In this document: one piece after another, positions 1 through 480 of the stretch
Layout of the letters: every line of letters begins with the position of its first letter
How positions within the stretch are numbered: position 1 is the first letter of the stretch
Assembly: GCF_003334335.1 (NCBI RefSeq)
Contig: NZ_QOWQ01000185.1
From: Escherichia coli
GTDB taxonomy: Bacteria; Pseudomonadota; Gammaproteobacteria; Enterobacterales; Enterobacteriaceae
DNA: 480 nt
Strand: one strand, 5' to 3'
Notes under the pieces: model-generated
Seen by the model: only the letters and a program-made list of their open reading frames with translations
The model's database searches: none
What the model was told of the DNA's origin: nothing
Program-made: the position numbers and the translations under genes

Positions 1-395
1 CCCAGTGCCTGTACCAGACGTTCCGTGATAAGGCGGTCTGCCTTGCTGGGTGTGACTTCACCGGACGGGTGATTGTGTGCCAGCACCACAGCAGCGGCAT
101 TGTGATACAGGGCGCGTTTAATCACTTCACGGGGATGGACTTCCGTGCGGTTGATGGTGCCGGTGAAGAGGGTTTCACCGGCAATCAGCTGATTCTGGTT
201 GTTCAGATACAGCACCCGGAACTCTTCACGCTCCAGTCCCGCCATGTTCAGAATCAGCCATTCTCGTGCCGCACGGGTGGAGGTGAAGGCCACGCCGGGT
301 TCATGAAGATGGCGGTCCAGGGTTTTCAGGGCCCGTTGAATGAGGCTGCGCTCGCCGGGCGTCATCGCGCCGGGCAGAAAGGAAAGCTGTTGCAT
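1..395 (-). CDS. yeeS: RadC-like JAB/MPN-domain protein (UPF0758 family), N-terminal 131 codons; C-terminus lies beyond position 1
   Basis: Minus-strand ORF starting at ATG (plus coords 393-395) and open to the window edge. Translation: MQQLSFLPGAMTPGERSLIQRALKTLDRHLHEPGVAFTSTRAAREWLILNMAGLEREEFRVLYLNNQNQLIAGETLFTGTINRTEVHPREVIKRALYHNAAAVVLAHNHPSGEVTPSKADRLITERLVQAL(G). It contains the JAMM signature H-x-H-x7-S-x2-D (HNHPSGEVTPSKAD) typical of RadC/JAB proteins. A GGAGAG Shine-Dalgarno lies 7 nt upstream of the ATG. From memory the sequence closely resembles E. coli YeeS, but the paralogs YkfG and YfjY are very similar and I cannot tell them apart without a search, so the symbol is tentative. 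An alternative in-frame ATG at 408-410 would add MERST to the N-terminus. Confidence 0.85.
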   Translation of the reverse strand, partial: MQQLSFLPGAMTPGERSLIQRALKTLDRHLHEPGVAFTSTRAAREWLILNMAGLEREEFRVLYLNNQNQLIAGETLFTGTINRTEVHPREVIKRALYHNAAAVVLAHNHPSGEVTPSKADRLITERLVQAL

Positions 396-402
396 TGTAC
401 TT

Positions 403-408
403 CTCTCC
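403..408 (-). promoter_or_regulatory. Shine-Dalgarno / ribosome-binding site for the RadC-like CDS
   Basis: Minus-strand GGAGAG (plus-strand CTCTCC at 403-408), followed by a 7-nt spacer (AAGTACA) and then the ATG at 393-395. Sequence and spacing are canonical. Confidence 0.7.
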
Positions 409-410
409 AT

Positions 411-480
411 TCAGTCGATGATGCGCATAATGGCGCTGCATTCCGGATGCTGCAGGGCGTAATCCCGCAGCCGGTAATAA
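411..480 (-). CDS. 3' end of upstream co-directional gene; probably an antirestriction protein of the KlcA/ArdB-like YfjX/YafX family (assigned by synteny)
   Basis: Minus-strand frame is open from the window edge to a TGA stop at plus coords 411-413. Translation of the tail: YYRLRDYALQHPECSAIMRIID*. It is in the same orientation as the RadC-like gene and 15 bp upstream of its start. The family assignment rests on the conserved gene order antirestriction -> radC-like in CP4-57 and CP4-6 type islands (established knowledge), not on recognising these 22 residues. In K-12 CP4-44 the gene at this position is yeeR instead. Confidence 0.5.
   Translation of the reverse strand, partial: YYRLRDYALQHPECSAIMRIID

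Noticed and set aside
21-147. 7-bp repeat TTCCGTG at 21-27 and 141-147.
   Set aside because: Two widely separated copies inside a coding region, each encoding part of a Thr-Glu dipeptide on the minus strand. This is consistent with chance, not a regulatory or mobile-element repeat.
353-375. 8-bp direct repeat CGCCGGGC at 353-360 and 368-375, separated by 7 bp.
   Set aside because: It lies inside the CDS and matches the repeated Pro-Gly dipeptides in LPGAMTPGE. It is too short and too GC-rich to be distinguished from chance or codon-level repetition, and there is no array or spacer structure.
3-479. Plus-strand reading frame (codons at 3-5, 6-8, ...) with no stop codon across the whole window, including an ATG at 303-305; it looks like a long antisense ORF.
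   Set aside because: This frame is codon-for-codon antisense to the minus-strand genes. It stays open simply because the sense genes use no TTA, CTA or TCA codons (the reverse complements of stops), a common result of GC-rich codon bias. It has no RBS and the sense strand carries the recognisable protein signature.
396-480. Possible dedicated promoter for the RadC-like gene inside the 3' end of the upstream gene.
   Set aside because: No convincing sigma70 -35/-10 pair with proper spacing is visible on the minus strand upstream of the ATG. The 15-bp intergenic gap and stop-start arrangement fit co-transcription better. An internal promoter cannot be excluded without transcript mapping.

Overview
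The window is almost entirely coding on the minus strand and holds two co-directional genes separated by 15 bp. Positions 411-480 are the 3' end of an upstream gene ending in TGA (tail ...YYRLRDYALQHPECSAIMRIID*). Positions 1-395 are the first 131 codons of a RadC-like JAB/MPN-domain protein (UPF0758; the YeeS/YkfG/YfjY family of enterobacterial CP4-type cryptic prophage islands), preceded by a GGAGAG Shine-Dalgarno and carrying an intact JAMM metal-binding signature. GC content, counted by hand, is about 58%. The gene pair matches the known antirestriction-RadC backbone that in E. coli sits upstream of a DUF987 gene and the CbeA/CbtA toxin-antitoxin pair. I see no evidence in these 480 bp of a previously undescribed system; the notable points are the intact catalytic motif of a family with no proven function and the tight gene junction. 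All homology statements come from translating by eye and from memory, not from a database search.
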